From the NCBI GenBank assembly GCA_963740315.1, contig CAVUDP010000001.1, positions 448,001 to 512,000 of the forward strand: a stretch of DNA of 64,000 nucleotides. The letters run 5' to 3'. Below the pieces are notes generated by a model, which saw only the letters and a list, made by a program, of their open reading frames with translations, was not told the DNA's origin and ran no database searches. This document shows positions 1 through 11,392 of this stretch, in pieces (positions within the stretch are counted from its first letter, which is position 1; each line of letters begins with the position of its first letter). The stretch is from an uncultured cyanobacterium. Its GTDB lineage: Bacteria; Cyanobacteriota; Cyanobacteriia; Cyanobacteriales; Nostocaceae. The position numbers were made by a program, and so were the translations under genes.

Positions 1-83
1 ATTCTTCAATCTCCTTTATGGTCAATTCATAATTAATCTATAAAAATCTTTCCCGTAATTTAAAATACTTTAAGGTACTTTCA

Positions 84-3000
84 ATGACTAACGCATATCA
101 AGAAAATACTGAAAACGGACATCACATCGCACAAGTAGAGCAATCCGATAGACTCAGCGAATTAAATCAACAAGTCTCAACTTCTCCAAGTGTTGAGCAG
201 CAATTTAAGAATTGGCGATCGCAGTTATCGTCAATTCTTAATCAAGTTCGCCAAGTAAAAGACAAAGATGAATTAATCCAAGTTACCAGCGCAGTAGTAA
301 GTAAAAAAATCAAAGCCGAGCGAGTGCTTGTTTATCGCTTTGAGAATTCATCATCTGGTGTCGTTGTAGGAGAATCAGTTAATCAGGGTTTGACACCCTC
401 ACGGGGGGAAACTCTCCCAGCGATGATTTTTGGGTTAGACACAAGAGAAGAATATTTAGAAGCTGTCGGTATTAACGATATTAAGGAAGTTGAACTGACG
501 GCTTACAAAGCTCAACTGTTAGATAAATTCCAAATTAAAGCTAGTTTAAGCATTCCGATTTTATTTGCAGGTGAAGTTTGGGGATTGCTAGGGATACAAA
601 GTTGTGCAAAAGCGCGTCAGTGGGAAGAATCGGAAATTAGCTTGTTAACTCAAGTCACCGCAGAATTTTCTCACAAATTGCACAGCTTTGAATTGCAAAG
701 AAAACTGGAGCAGCAAGCACAAGAGTTTAAATCGATATCAAAAGTTATTGATAAAATTCAGCTAGCTTCAAGTCTGGATAAAGTTTTCCGCACTACTACC
801 CAGGAAGTTCGCGAAATAATTAAATGCGATCGTTTAGCGGTTTATCGCTTTGATGCTGATTGGAGTGGCGAATTCGTTGCTGAATCTGTTGCAAACGGTT
901 GGGTACCGTTAGTTGGTCCTGGGATCAAAACTGTCTGGGAAGATACTCACTTGCAGGAAACTAAAGGAGGGCGTTATCGCCAGCACGAATCTTTAGTCGC
1001 GAATGATATCTATAAGATGAATCATGCTCCCTGCCATGTTGAGATTTTGGAACAGTTTCAAGTCAGAGCGTATGTAATTGTTCCAGTATTTTCAGGACAG
1101 AAACTATGGGGTTTGCTAGGTGCTTATCAAAATAGTGGTACCTATGAATGGCGAGAAGAACAAGTTAAACTATTGCGCCAAATTGCGATTAACTTAGGCG
1201 TAGCTGTATCTCAGGCAGAATTCGTACAGCAAACCGAAGAGCAATCACAACAATTAGCGAAGACGGCGGAACGTCAGCAAAGTTTAATTAGCCTGACTCG
1301 TAAAATTGGAGAAGGGCTTACACAAAAAGTTGCAGATTCCTCGCAATTTAGTCTAATTCTGCAAACAACTGCTTATGAAGTCCGTCGCTTATTGCAAACT
1401 GACCACACCGCTATTTATCGTTTTAATCAGGATTGGAGCGGTGAATTTATTGCAGAATCTATCGGCAAAAACTGGAAAGCTTTTGTAGACAAAGAAATTG
1501 ACCAAGCTTTATTAAAAGAGAACGGTCATTGCGACTCCATTCGCAGCCTTGAGTCAATTTACAAAGAAAAAGATACTCATCTTCAAGATACTCAAGGAGG
1601 TCGTTATAAACAAAAAGCTAGTTTCGTTGTTGATGATGTGGAAAAAGCAGGGTTTCCTCCTTGCTATAAAGAGCTTTTAGATCAATTTGAAGCCAAAGCT
1701 TATCTGACCGTTCCTATTTTTCAAGGCGATAAACTTTGGGGATTGTTAGCGAGCTATCAACATTCTGGAAGCCGCCACTGGGAAGAATTTGAAGTCACTG
1801 CAATGGAACAGATTGCCGTGCTGTTAGGAGTAGCCATTCAACAGACACAAACGTTAGATAAATATCAGCAGCAATCTCAGAAAATGGCTAAAGCCGTACA
1901 ACGCGATCGCGCTGTAGCCAAAGTGATCGATAAAATCAGGCAAACTCTCGACATGGAGAGTATCTTTTTAACTACTACTCAAGAAATGCGGGCGCTCCTG
2001 AATACCGATCGTGTAGCAGTATATCGCCTCAATCCAGACTATAGTGGAGAATTTGTCTCTGAATCCATAAGTCATGGCTGGCTTCCTTTAGTAGAAAGAC
2101 AACATCAAATTCGCCGTTTACAAGACAGTATAAATAGCTGTACTAGAATGCGAACTTTGTTCAAAAATAGCGAAGCAAGTACAGCTAATACAGACCCCTA
2201 TTTACAGAATGCTTTAGGTAACATGGGTGAGAAACAATCCTATGTGGTTTCTGATATATACGCTAAGGGATTTAACGAATGCTATCTTCAGGTGTTAGAG
2301 CAATACCAATGTAAAGCTTACGCTATTGTCCCCATTTATCAAGGACAAAAACTCTGGGGAATGCTTGCAGCTTATCAGAATGACGGTCCGCGCGAATGGG
2401 AAGATGCAGAAGTTAACCTGTTGACGCAAATTGCAACTCAATTAAGCGTAGCCCTACAACAGGCTGAATTCCTCCAACAATTACAAACACAGTCTTCACA
2501 AGTTGCAGAAGCAGCAGCACGAGAGAAGCAAGCCAGAGAACAATTGCAAAAAGGAGCAATGCAGCTCTTAGCAGCAGTTAGACCGGCTTTAAACGGCGAT
2601 TTAACAGTACGTGCGCCAATTACCGAAGATGAGCTAGGTACGATCGCCGACGCTTACAACAACACTTTACAAGCATTGCGGCAAATCGTTCTTCAAGTAC
2701 AAGCAGCCGCTCAACAAGTTGCAGAAACTTCCGCTAAAAGCAACGTGTCACTGAATGGATTGACTGATTTGGCGCAACAACAGTCAAGAGAAATCAGCGG
2801 TTCTTTAACCGAGATTCAACAAATGGTTGATTCCACGCAAGAGGTGGTAGCAAACGCTGAATCAGTACAAATTGCAGTCCAAAAAGCCAATCAAACCGTA
2901 GATTCCGGCGATGCAGCCATGAATATGACTGTAGAAGCAATTCAAGGCATCCGCGAAACAGTTTCTCAAACCAGTAAAAAGATTAAGCGTCTGAGTGAAT

Positions 3001-3530
3001 CCTCGCAGAAGATTTCTAAAGTCGTAAATTTGATTAGTAACTTCGCGACTCAAACCAACGTACTAGCACTGAATGCAGCAATTGAAGCGACTCGTGCTGG
3101 CGAATACGGTAAAGGCTTTGCTGTAGTAGCCGATGAAGTACGTTCATTGTCCCGTCAGTCAGCAGCAGCAACCATCGAAATTGAAAAACTAGTCCAAGAA
3201 ATTCAAGAAGAAACGGGTGAAGTTGCAGTAGCAATGGAAACAGGTATTCAGCAGGTAGTAGAAGGTACCAATCTGGTAAATGAAACCAGACAGAACCTCA
3301 ACGACATTGTTGATGCAACTGCTGAAATCAGCGAATTACTCCAAAGAATTACCGATGCAACCCAAACTCAGATGCTGCAATCGGTATCAGCCACAGCATC
3401 CATGAAAGATGTAGCCCAAATTTCCCAAAAGACTTCCACCGAAGCTAACAGCATTGCCTCAGTATTCCAACAGTTATCTGAAATGGGACAAGAGTTGTTA
3501 GCGAGTGTAAGTAAATTCAAAGTCAACTAG
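84..3530 (+). CDS. Soluble multi-GAF cyanobacteriochrome methyl-accepting chemotaxis protein (PixJ/PtxD-like photoreceptor)
   Basis: Four GAF repeats (RxxVYRF...SGEF; LWGLLxAYQ...R.W) with CBCR motifs [21 protein letters not shown] and DPYLQ/ECY. C-terminal HAMP plus MCP signature [31 protein letters not shown]. Confidence 0.93.
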   Translation: MTNAYQENTENGHHIAQVEQSDRLSELNQQVSTSPSVEQQFKNWRSQLSSILNQVRQVKDKDELIQVTSAVVSKKIKAERVLVYRFENSSSGVVVGESVNQGLTPSRGETLPAMIFGLDTREEYLEAVGINDIKEVELTAYKAQLLDKFQIKASLSIPILFAGEVWGLLGIQSCAKARQWEESEISLLTQVTAEFSHKLHSFELQRKLEQQAQEFKSISKVIDKIQLASSLDKVFRTTTQEVREIIKCDRLAVYRFDADWSGEFVAESVANGWVPLVGPGIKTVWEDTHLQETKGGRYRQHESLVANDIYKMNHAPCHVEILEQFQVRAYVIVPVFSGQKLWGLLGAYQNSGTYEWREEQVKLLRQIAINLGVAVSQAEFVQQTEEQSQQLAKTAERQQSLISLTRKIGEGLTQKVADSSQFSLILQTTAYEVRRLLQTDHTAIYRFNQDWSGEFIAESIGKNWKAFVDKEIDQALLKENGHCDSIRSLESIYKEKDTHLQDTQGGRYKQKASFVVDDVEKAGFPPCYKELLDQFEAKAYLTVPIFQGDKLWGLLASYQHSGSRHWEEFEVTAMEQIAVLLGVAIQQTQTLDKYQQQSQKMAKAVQRDRAVAKVIDKIRQTLDMESIFLTTTQEMRALLNTDRVAVYRLNPDYSGEFVSESISHGWLPLVERQHQIRRLQDSINSCTRMRTLFKNSEASTANTDPYLQNALGNMGEKQSYVVSDIYAKGFNECYLQVLEQYQCKAYAIVPIYQGQKLWGMLAAYQNDGPREWEDAEVNLLTQIATQLSVALQQAEFLQQLQTQSSQVAEAAAREKQAREQLQKGAMQLLAAVRPALNGDLTVRAPITEDELGTIADAYNNTLQALRQIVLQVQAAAQQVAETSAKSNVSLNGLTDLAQQQSREISGSLTEIQQMVDSTQEVVANAESVQIAVQKANQTVDSGDAAMNMTVEAIQGIRETVSQTSKKIKRLSESSQKISKVVNLISNFATQTNVLALNAAIEATRAGEYGKGFAVVADEVRSLSRQSAAATIEIEKLVQEIQEETGEVAVAMETGIQQVVEGTNLVNETRQNLNDIVDATAEISELLQRITDATQTQMLQSVSATASMKDVAQISQKTSTEANSIASVFQQLSEMGQELLASVSKFKVN
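215..222. repeat. HIP1 octamer GCGATCGC (representative copy; recurs throughout the window)
   Basis: Seen at 215, 1903 and many further sites; hallmark of many cyanobacterial genomes. Confidence 0.9.
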
Positions 3531-3568
3531 ATTTTGGATTTTAGATTTTAGATTTTGGATTTTGGATT
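3531..3568. repeat. Heptamer tandem repeat (ATTTTGG/ATTTTAG)n, STRR-type
   Basis: attttggattttagattttagattttggattttggatt fills the whole gap between the MCP stop codon and the next ATG. Confidence 0.9.
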
Positions 3569-3952
3569 ATGAATGAAAGGGAATTTAAAAAGAGAACAAA
3601 GCACTTAGCACTGCGAGTAATCCGTTTAATCGAAGCGCTAGAAGCACTCCCTTACAACTTGACTGCGACTATTATTAGCAAGCAGTTAATTCGTTCCGCA
3701 ACTTCTGTAGGTGCTAATTATCGTTCAGCTTGTCGGGCCAAATCAACTGCCGATATTATTGCCAAACTAAGTTTAGTTGAAGAAGAAGCAGATGAAACCC
3801 TTTATTGGATGGAACTCATTGTTGAGTCTGGTTTAATGCCACAAGAAAAATTAACTAATTTGATGTTGGAAACTAACGAGATTTTAGCAATGACTGTAGC
3901 ATCCATCAAAACTTTACGTATCAAATCTCAGCATCCAAAGTCCAAAATTTGA
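3569..3952 (+). CDS. Four-helix-bundle protein (23S rRNA IVS protein / bAvd-like family)
   Basis: 127 aa with family-typical segments KQLIRSATSVGANYRSACRAKS and KLSLVEEEADETLYWMELI. Confidence 0.88.
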   Translation: MNEREFKKRTKHLALRVIRLIEALEALPYNLTATIISKQLIRSATSVGANYRSACRAKSTADIIAKLSLVEEEADETLYWMELIVESGLMPQEKLTNLMLETNEILAMTVASIKTLRIKSQHPKSKI

Positions 3953-4130
3953 AATCTGGCATTACTAATTAAATGTATGAATTTCGATCGTGCAATAAAT
4001 AGTTATTCGGTTGTGCTGAAAACGTAGATTCATACTCTTATTGAGTAATACCTAAAATCACTGACACTTGTCGTATTCGGAGCGCAACTTTGCTGCATAT
4101 CGGCTCTTACTACCCACCACGAAGTGTCTT

Positions 4131-4171
4131 CAAAATCTAAAATCCAAAATCCAAAATCCAAAATTTAAATC
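4131..4171. repeat. Heptamer tandem repeat (CCAAAAT/CTAAAAT)n, reverse complement of the 3531-3568 array
   Basis: caaaatctaaaatccaaaatccaaaatccaaaatttaaatc directly abuts the cheA-like ATG at 4172. Confidence 0.88.
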
Positions 4172-7100
4172 ATGATTACTGATTCTTCCATCCGCGAACA
4201 AGGGTATATTTATTTTCTCAGTGAAGCTCCTGAATTACTGCAAACTATTGAACAAGAACTTTTTGGTTTGATTGAAGACCGAAGTACTAATAGGGTGCAT
4301 AATTTAATGCGAGCTACTCATACGCTTAAAGGCGGGGCTGCAAACGTTGAATTAGAATCAATTACTAAAATAGCTCATTCTTTAGAGGATGTTTTTAAGG
4401 CTTTATATAATCCTGAAGTCGAAATTGATTCTCAACTGCATTCTTTATTGTTACAAGCTTTTGAGTGTTTACAATTATGTTTAACATCGGAAATCACGGC
4501 TACTAATATTGATGATGATGAACTGATGCAGCGAGCGGCTTCGGTGTTTGCACAGTTACAGGAAAGACTCGGTGATGCATTCGGGGCTGAGGCTCATATT
4601 CCTACTTCTGAGGAATTGGGTTTTGATATTGTATTATCAATTTTTGAAACAGGTGTAACTCAACGTATAGATAGTATTGAAGAGTTACTCAAAAATCCTC
4701 CCGAAACTACTGAACTTGCTAATTTTTTACGCACTCAAGCTGAAGTATTTACGGGATTGTCTGAGTCTTTAAATTTACCTGGTTTTGGTAAAATAACTCA
4801 AGCTATTCTTGCTGCATTAGAGGCGAATTCTTCTCAAGCTTCGGAAATCGCTAAAATAGCTTTAACCGATCTACAGCAAGCTCGAAAAGCTGTTTTAGCT
4901 GGCGATAGAGAACGTGGTGGGGAAGCTTCACAGGCTTTACTTGCTTTTTCCCAGCCTTTAGCAATTGATTCTCTCGATGATAGAGATAGTTTGGAAGATA
5001 TATCTGTAAGTACAACAACTGAATCAATTACTACTAAATCTTTAAGAAATGAAATAGAGCAATTATACGAATTTTTAACAGCAGGAAATATTGATAATGA
5101 ACCTCTCAAACCAAAATCCGCAAAGTTTCATTTAAAAGTTATTCGGTATATTTTAGGTTGGTTTAATCATGAATTAGATATTCCCGAACAAAAACTCGGT
5201 TTAAATTTACTTCTTCCTAAAAAGGATATAGAAAATGCTGTTGAATATATAGAAAACTGGCTCCAAGAATTTTTGGAATTCGTTCAAGATGATTCGGATA
5301 GTCCAAGTCTTTGCCTTTACCGCCTCGGTGGTATTTTAACAGTACTTTTATCTGTCGCTAAATTTAAGTGTCATCAAGAGAATCTATGTAACTTTTCGGT
5401 AATTGACACTTTACAGAATAAAGTTTCTGATATTGCCAAAGAATATAAAAATTATTCTCCTGTTGCTGTTGAAGAAAAACAATGGCTTGATAGTTCAAAA
5501 TTACAAAAACTGTTAGAAATTAAAAACATATCTGATGGTGAAATTGCTACAAATCCAACCGAAAATATGGTAGAAGCAATCTGGGGAGAAGAAATAGATT
5601 CTACTTTAGCGTCGAATATTATTGAGGAAAAAACAACAGAATTTCAATCCAATAATAATATAGATAATACATCGACTACATCTGAATTATTAGATATAAG
5701 CAATGATGAAGATTCTCCGGAGACAATTATTCAATTTGCGGCTAATTCTGTTACGCCAACTGAAAATCATATAGATAAGAAACCGGCTGCTCCAGCTAGA
5801 ACTTCTAAATTACCTTCTTTTGTACGTGTAGATGTAGAAAGTTTACAGCGTCTCAATTATTTAGCTGGAGAATTATTAATTTATCAAAAGCGCCGCACTT
5901 CCCACGATGAACAGCTTAAACAAACAATTAAGCAATTAGCCGAAAAACTTCAAAAACATCAACTATCTTTAGAACGATTGCGGGAATTACCCGTACATCA
6001 TCAAAAAGTAGGATCGCGAAATACGCTAAATTTTGCTTCTGTAGACTTTGATTCTTTAGAAATGGATGACTACACGGAGTTTCATTTAGGGTTACACGAA
6101 GTTAGCGAACAAGCAACACAATTACAGGAAATTTTAGAATCAGCGGATGTAATTATTCAGCAATCTGCTCAAGTTCACGATAAGAAACAGCGATTAGCAC
6201 TTGGTATTATTGATAATTTAGTCGAAGCAAGAATGTTGCCTCTGGGTAATATTCTCAATCGCTTCCCTCAAATGGTACAAAACCTTACCAATATTCACGG
6301 TAAAAATGTTGAATTGCGGTTGAGTGGCGGCTCCGTTTTAGTAGATAAAGCAATTGCTGAAAAGCTTTACGACCCATTATTACATTTAGTGCGTAACGCC
6401 TACGATCATGGTATTGAATCGCCAGAAATTCGTCGCGATCGCGGTAAATCAGAACAAGGCTCAATCGAAATTTGTGCTTACAATCGAGGTTCTCAAACTG
6501 TCATCGAAGTTCGAGATGATGGTGGAGGGTTGAATTTTGAGAAAATTCGCAATAAAGCCATCGAATTAGGACTTTTACGTCAAGATAAAGAATTTGGCAG
6601 ACACGATTCGGGCTTGATGGAAGAAGAATTATTAGATTGTTTATTTTCGCCAGGATTTTCGACTGCTGGTAAAGTAACTGATATTTCTGGGCGCGGTATT
6701 GGGTTGGATATTGTTCGCACTCAATTGGAAGCACTCAACGGTTCGATTGCAGTTTACTCGCAACCCCAGCAAGGAACAACTTTTGTATTAAAAATTCCTT
6801 TTTCTATGACTACTGAAAAATTAATGATAGTTCAAACGGGAGGTGCTGCTTATGCACTGCTATTAGACAGCATTGCGAAAATATTGCTTCCATCTCCCGA
6901 TCAAATTAAACATTTTGAAACTAAAAAAGTTCTTTACTGGAATACGGGTAAAGAAAAACGCATGGTAAATCTGCTCAATCTTTCAGATTTAATGCAATAT
7001 CATCGCCCCTTCAAGAGTGAGAATTCTTTAAATATTCAACCTACGATTAACAATACAAATGAAACCGTAAATCCTATACTGTTACTACGCAACAACGACC

Positions 7101-7810
7101 AAATTTTAGGTTTAGAAATTGACCAAATAATCGGCGAGCAGGAACTAGTAGTTAGACCTTTAGGTCAAGCAATTGCTCCACCAAAATATGTTTACGGTTG
7201 TAGCAGTTTAGCTAATGGTAATTTAATTCTAGTAATTGACGGTAATTTGCTCCCATCCATTGGCGAAATGCAAGCATCAATTGATTATATGGCGTTACCC
7301 TCAGCGGCTTCAAGTAAGAAAGCTTTGCAAATGTCGGGAGAAATTATTACATCCAAAGCGCTACTTGCTGCTTCTAAATCTACAAATAATCCTCAAATCT
7401 CTTCCGGAAATCAAGTTAAATCATCAGTCAACACTTCAAAAGTAGTTTTAGTAGTAGATGATGCAATTAGTCTGCGGCAAACTATTTCTTTAACTTTGCA
7501 AAAATATGGCTATCATGTAGTACAAGCTCAAAATGGTATAGAAGCTTTAGAAAAATTACAGCATCATCCAGAAGTCAAGTTAGTGATTTCAGATTTAGAA
7601 ATGCCTCGGATGAATGGTTTTGAATTGTTAAGTAATTTGCGCCAAAGCACTAATTTAGCTAATTTACCTGTAGTTGTTCTTACTTCTCGTAGTGCAGAAA
7701 AACATCGTCAGCTTGCGGAGGCATTAGGTGCAAATGCTTATTTAACTAAGCCTTATTTAGAACATGAATTTCTTTCTAAGGTTGAACAATTAGTAACCAG
7801 TAATTCGTAA
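4172..7810 (+). CDS. Hybrid CheA-like histidine kinase (Hpt, dimerisation, HATPase, CheW, REC)
   Basis: Hpt motif LMRATHTLKGGA; HLVRNAYDHGIE, DDGGG, GFSTAGKVTDISGRGIGLDIV; CheW-like segment; C-terminal receiver VLVVDD...SDLEMPRMNG...YLTKP. Confidence 0.94.
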   Translation: MITDSSIREQGYIYFLSEAPELLQTIEQELFGLIEDRSTNRVHNLMRATHTLKGGAANVELESITKIAHSLEDVFKALYNPEVEIDSQLHSLLLQAFECLQLCLTSEITATNIDDDELMQRAASVFAQLQERLGDAFGAEAHIPTSEELGFDIVLSIFETGVTQRIDSIEELLKNPPETTELANFLRTQAEVFTGLSESLNLPGFGKITQAILAALEANSSQASEIAKIALTDLQQARKAVLAGDRERGGEASQALLAFSQPLAIDSLDDRDSLEDISVSTTTESITTKSLRNEIEQLYEFLTAGNIDNEPLKPKSAKFHLKVIRYILGWFNHELDIPEQKLGLNLLLPKKDIENAVEYIENWLQEFLEFVQDDSDSPSLCLYRLGGILTVLLSVAKFKCHQENLCNFSVIDTLQNKVSDIAKEYKNYSPVAVEEKQWLDSSKLQKLLEIKNISDGEIATNPTENMVEAIWGEEIDSTLASNIIEEKTTEFQSNNNIDNTSTTSELLDISNDEDSPETIIQFAANSVTPTENHIDKKPAAPARTSKLPSFVRVDVESLQRLNYLAGELLIYQKRRTSHDEQLKQTIKQLAEKLQKHQLSLERLRELPVHHQKVGSRNTLNFASVDFDSLEMDDYTEFHLGLHEVSEQATQLQEILESADVIIQQSAQVHDKKQRLALGIIDNLVEARMLPLGNILNRFPQMVQNLTNIHGKNVELRLSGGSVLVDKAIAEKLYDPLLHLVRNAYDHGIESPEIRRDRGKSEQGSIEICAYNRGSQTVIEVRDDGGGLNFEKIRNKAIELGLLRQDKEFGRHDSGLMEEELLDCLFSPGFSTAGKVTDISGRGIGLDIVRTQLEALNGSIAVYSQPQQGTTFVLKIPFSMTTEKLMIVQTGGAAYALLLDSIAKILLPSPDQIKHFETKKVLYWNTGKEKRMVNLLNLSDLMQYHRPFKSENSLNIQPTINNTNETVNPILLLRNNDQILGLEIDQIIGEQELVVRPLGQAIAPPKYVYGCSSLANGNLILVIDGNLLPSIGEMQASIDYMALPSAASSKKALQMSGEIITSKALLAASKSTNNPQISSGNQVKSSVNTSKVVLVVDDAISLRQTISLTLQKYGYHVVQAQNGIEALEKLQHHPEVKLVISDLEMPRMNGFELLSNLRQSTNLANLPVVVLTSRSAEKHRQLAEALGANAYLTKPYLEHEFLSKVEQLVTSNS

Positions 7811-8077
7811 TTGCAGAAATTATAAAACATTTATAATAATTTACAAACCCGGTTTAAAAAAACCTGGTTTTTTAATATCTATAATTTTTATGTTTGTAGA
7901 GAGATATTAAGTAAATATCACCTGACAAACATCCTCTAAAAAAATTTTGCTAACATATTTTTAACACATTAAGTAACATAAACTCATACTTAGATAACTT
8001 TTTACTGTCCGCAATCGGGAAACTGATGCTACCGTAGTGAAACTAGATATATACTTACACTTCGTTCTCATGGGTTT

Positions 8078-8812
8078 ATGAAGTTGTTGATACGTCGCAT
8101 ACTTTATTGGGTAGCCCCCTTTAGCCTACTTGCTGGGTGTTCTGCTGTCGAAATTATTAAACCAATACCACCAACACCACCAACACCACAATTGTCGGAA
8201 ACTCCTTTAAAAACACCTGAATCGGTAACGCAGAATAATCTTTCGGTTTTAGAACAACGAGTAATTGCCGAAATGAATCTGGCTCGGACAAATCCTCAAG
8301 CCTATGCTGCTATATTGGAAGATTATAGAAAAAACTTTGAAGGTAAACGAGTCAAAATTTCTAAAAATGTTTATTTAATAACTCAAGAAGGTGTCAGAGC
8401 GGTTGATGAAGCTATTCTCTATCTGAAAACGGTTTCCCCCGTACCTCCGGTAACTGCTTCAAAAGGAATGTCGAGAGCTGCTAGGGATCATGTTAAAGAC
8501 CAAGGACCAAAAGGTATAGTCGGTCACAACGGTAGCGATGGTAGCGACCCTTTTAAACGTTTAAGTCGTTACGGAAAATGGCAAGTTACTGCCGGTGAAA
8601 ATATCAGCTACGGTTCCCACACGGCAAGGGATATTGTTATGCAGCTAATTATCGATGATGGAGTTCGCGATCGCGGTCATCGAATAAATATGTTTAACCC
8701 TGATTTCAAAGTATCGGGTGTTGCTTTCGGAATTCACACTACCTACAGACAGATGTGCGTTATCACCTACGCTGGTGGATATAAAGATAAGTCAGTTAAC
8801 AGTTACCAGTGA
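8078..8812 (+). CDS. CAP (SCP) domain lipoprotein
   Basis: Lipobox LLAGC, Pro-rich linker, CAP motifs [28 protein letters not shown]. Confidence 0.87.
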   Translation: MKLLIRRILYWVAPFSLLAGCSAVEIIKPIPPTPPTPQLSETPLKTPESVTQNNLSVLEQRVIAEMNLARTNPQAYAAILEDYRKNFEGKRVKISKNVYLITQEGVRAVDEAILYLKTVSPVPPVTASKGMSRAARDHVKDQGPKGIVGHNGSDGSDPFKRLSRYGKWQVTAGENISYGSHTARDIVMQLIIDDGVRDRGHRINMFNPDFKVSGVAFGIHTTYRQMCVITYAGGYKDKSVNSYQ

Positions 8813-8912
8813 CCAGTTAACAGTTACCAGTTACCAGTTACCAGCGAACAACTAGAAGTTTAACTACTTAACTCCTAACTCAATATTCCTAACTCAATAT
8901 TCCTAACTCTCT
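8790..8912. repeat. STRR-type short tandem repeats (CAGTTAC)n then ACTCCTA-like units
   Basis: cagttaacagttaccagtgaccagttaacagttaccagttaccagttacc, then actcctaactcaatattcctaactcaatattcctaac. Confidence 0.8.
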
Positions 8913-8913
8913 A

Positions 8914-9732
8914 ATGCACCTCAACGTTTATACTCAAGGACAAGGTTTCCCCATTCTCTGCCTGCACGGACATCCCGGTTCTGGTTCGAGTCTTTCTGTA
9001 TTTACCAATCATTTATCATCATCGTTTCAAACCATCGCTCCAGATTTACGCGGATACGGTCAAAGCCGTTTTAATGAAAATTTTGCGATGACCGACCATT
9101 TAAACGACTTAGAAGCTCTTCTAGACCGCTTGCAAATTGAAAAATGTCTGGTATTAGGATGGTCGCTTGGTGGCATTTTGGCGATGGAGTTGGCGCTACG
9201 ACTTCCACAACGGATAAGCGGGTTAATTTTAGTGGCGACAGCTGCAAGACCTCGCGGCAATCATCCACCTATTTCATGGCAAGATAATCTTTACACGGGT
9301 ATTGCTGCTCTTTTAAGTGTTGTAAATCCTAATTGGCAGTGGAATATCGATACATTTGGAAAGCATTCTCTTTTTCGCTACTTAATTCAGCAACATACTC
9401 CCACTGCTTACGGTTATATTTCCAAGGAAGCGATACCAGCTTATTTACAAACTTCCGATAAAGCAACTCGCGCCCTTTATTCGGCGATCGGGGCTGGATA
9501 TAACAAAGTTGGCGACTTAAACCAAATTCAATGTCCTTCTTTAGTACTTGCGGGTACCGAAGATAGACATATCACGGTTGAATGCAGCTTAGAAACTTCC
9601 CAACATTTGCAAAACTGTAAATCCCATTGTTACCCAAATACCGCTCATCTCTTCCCGTGGGAAATTCCCCATCAAGTATTAAGCGATATTGACTGCTGGT
9701 TAAAGGATAATCCCCAAACTATACAATTTTAG
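8914..9732 (+). CDS. Alpha/beta fold hydrolase
   Basis: LHGHPG, PDLRGYG, nucleophile elbow GWSLGG, GTEDRH, C-terminal AHLFPWE. Confidence 0.92.
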   Translation: MHLNVYTQGQGFPILCLHGHPGSGSSLSVFTNHLSSSFQTIAPDLRGYGQSRFNENFAMTDHLNDLEALLDRLQIEKCLVLGWSLGGILAMELALRLPQRISGLILVATAARPRGNHPPISWQDNLYTGIAALLSVVNPNWQWNIDTFGKHSLFRYLIQQHTPTAYGYISKEAIPAYLQTSDKATRALYSAIGAGYNKVGDLNQIQCPSLVLAGTEDRHITVECSLETSQHLQNCKSHCYPNTAHLFPWEIPHQVLSDIDCWLKDNPQTIQF

Positions 9733-9949
9733 ATTTTGGATTTTGGATTTTGGACTAACGAGGGCGACTACAAAATTCTTCTCCGATTCCAATATCTAAC
9801 CATTTGTTTTTTTGTTCCCAACCGAAGTGAAAACAAAATAAAGCATAAAGTATGAAAAAAGTCAATTATAAACTTCCTTTTTCATACCTTATACTTCATT
9901 TTCAGCACAAAGAGCCTGATAGAGAAAGCTTTTATCTGAAAGCTTTTGA

Positions 9950-10252
9950 TTACATTTGACCGCTAAAGACAGGCTTTACTTTGCGGTCAAACCATTCCCC
10001 CAAGTCTTCAGAAATAGTTAAAACTTTTGGTTTACAACGCTTAACATTAACATTAATACCTTGCGCTCCTTCGAGTTCAAGGTCTTCTACATAGCCTTTT
10101 ACAGACGCTTTCGCTTCTGTACCGTTGAGAAAAGGTCCGAAATAATAAGTACACTTGGGATTTTGAGTGGCAATCTCTACCCACCAAGCTAAGCCAAAGT
10201 TATCAAAGATGTTGGTAAAGAATTCTTTGAAGGTATTTCCAATTGTGTTCAT
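9950..10252 (-). CDS. DUF1816 family protein
   Basis: AWWVEIATQNPKCTYYFGPF ... GYVEDLELEGA ... RCKP signature. Confidence 0.85.
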   Translation of the reverse strand: MNTIGNTFKEFFTNIFDNFGLAWWVEIATQNPKCTYYFGPFLNGTEAKASVKGYVEDLELEGAQGINVNVKRCKPKVLTISEDLGEWFDRKVKPVFSGQM

Positions 10253-10348
10253 GGTTTTTGCTAATTACTAAAGTTGATGGTAGTTGTTAAATAACTATAT
10301 TCTCGGTTTTTTACCTTTACACTTCTTTATACTCTTTTACATACGGTT

Positions 10349-11314
10349 TTAGGAAGTGGTTTTTTGCAAATTTTCTAAATAAAGCGTGTTCTTCCAGCGC
10401 TGACGATAAATTTCATACAGTGCCATGCCCGTTGCTACTGAAGCATTGAGGCTGGGAGTCTTTCCTTGCAAGGGAATTGACACTAGAACATCGCAACATT
10501 TTTGTGTCAGCATACTTAGACCTTCGCCTTCAGATCCAACTACTAAAACAATTGGTGGACCGTTAAAATTTACCGTATGTATCGGTTCGCCAACAGAACT
10601 AGCAGTTCCGTAAATCCAGAAACCGGCGGTTTTCAATTCTTCTAAAGCACGGCTGAGATTAACGACTCTAGCCACAGAAAAATTATCTAAAGCCCCAGTC
10701 GCTACTTTCATGACTGTAGAAGTAATCCCAACTGCCCTGCGCTGAGGGATCACCAAACCTTGGGCACCGATTGACTCAGCTGTGCGAATAATTGCTCCTA
10801 AATTATGGGGATCGGTAATACTATCAGCAACAACTATTACTGGCGTATCAGTAACAGATTTTGCCTTTTCTATGAGATCCTTTAAATCAAAATAATCGTA
10901 AGGAGCAATTTGTGCGGCTACTCCTTGATGATTAGCATTTTTAGTAATTTGATCTAAACGACTCGGTTCCACTTCGTCTATAACTGTGCCATTTCCTTTA
11001 GCTTGCACAAGCAAATCATGAAAACGGTGATCGTAGCGTAAACGAGAAGTAATCCAAACGCGGTTGAGGCGACCTTGATTTTCCAAAGTACTCAAAACTG
11101 GATGACGACCGTAAATTAAGTCGCTATTTTCTGAATCTTCTGTAGATGATGGATTTTCAAAATTATCACGATTTTGACGGGGTTTATCAATTATAGAGTT
11201 ATGATTTCTATCCCTATATTTGCCATTAGATGGAGATGAAAAGCGTTTACCTTTGATTTTTACAGGTTTTCGGCTTTCGTCGTTACTAATAATCTTTTTT
11301 GGTTTGTTTGTCAT
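10349..11314 (-). CDS. rlmB: 23S rRNA (guanosine-2251-2'-O)-methyltransferase RlmB (SpoU family)
   Basis: [42 protein letters not shown]. Start at MTNKPKK (11314) preferred; ORF track extends to 11347. Confidence 0.9.
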   Translation of the reverse strand: MTNKPKKIISNDESRKPVKIKGKRFSSPSNGKYRDRNHNSIIDKPRQNRDNFENPSSTEDSENSDLIYGRHPVLSTLENQGRLNRVWITSRLRYDHRFHDLLVQAKGNGTVIDEVEPSRLDQITKNANHQGVAAQIAPYDYFDLKDLIEKAKSVTDTPVIVVADSITDPHNLGAIIRTAESIGAQGLVIPQRRAVGITSTVMKVATGALDNFSVARVVNLSRALEELKTAGFWIYGTASSVGEPIHTVNFNGPPIVLVVGSEGEGLSMLTQKCCDVLVSIPLQGKTPSLNASVATGMALYEIYRQRWKNTLYLENLQKTTS

Positions 11315-11392
11315 ATGGTTATTTGGTAGAGCTAAGATGTAGAGCATTTTTCTCTCACCTTGTTTTAACGGAAGATTTCAGATATTCTGCTA

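Noticed and set aside
3569..3952. Diversity-generating retroelement suggested by the Avd-like fold
   Set aside because: No reverse transcriptase and no template/variable repeat pair with adenine-specific mismatches seen in the window.
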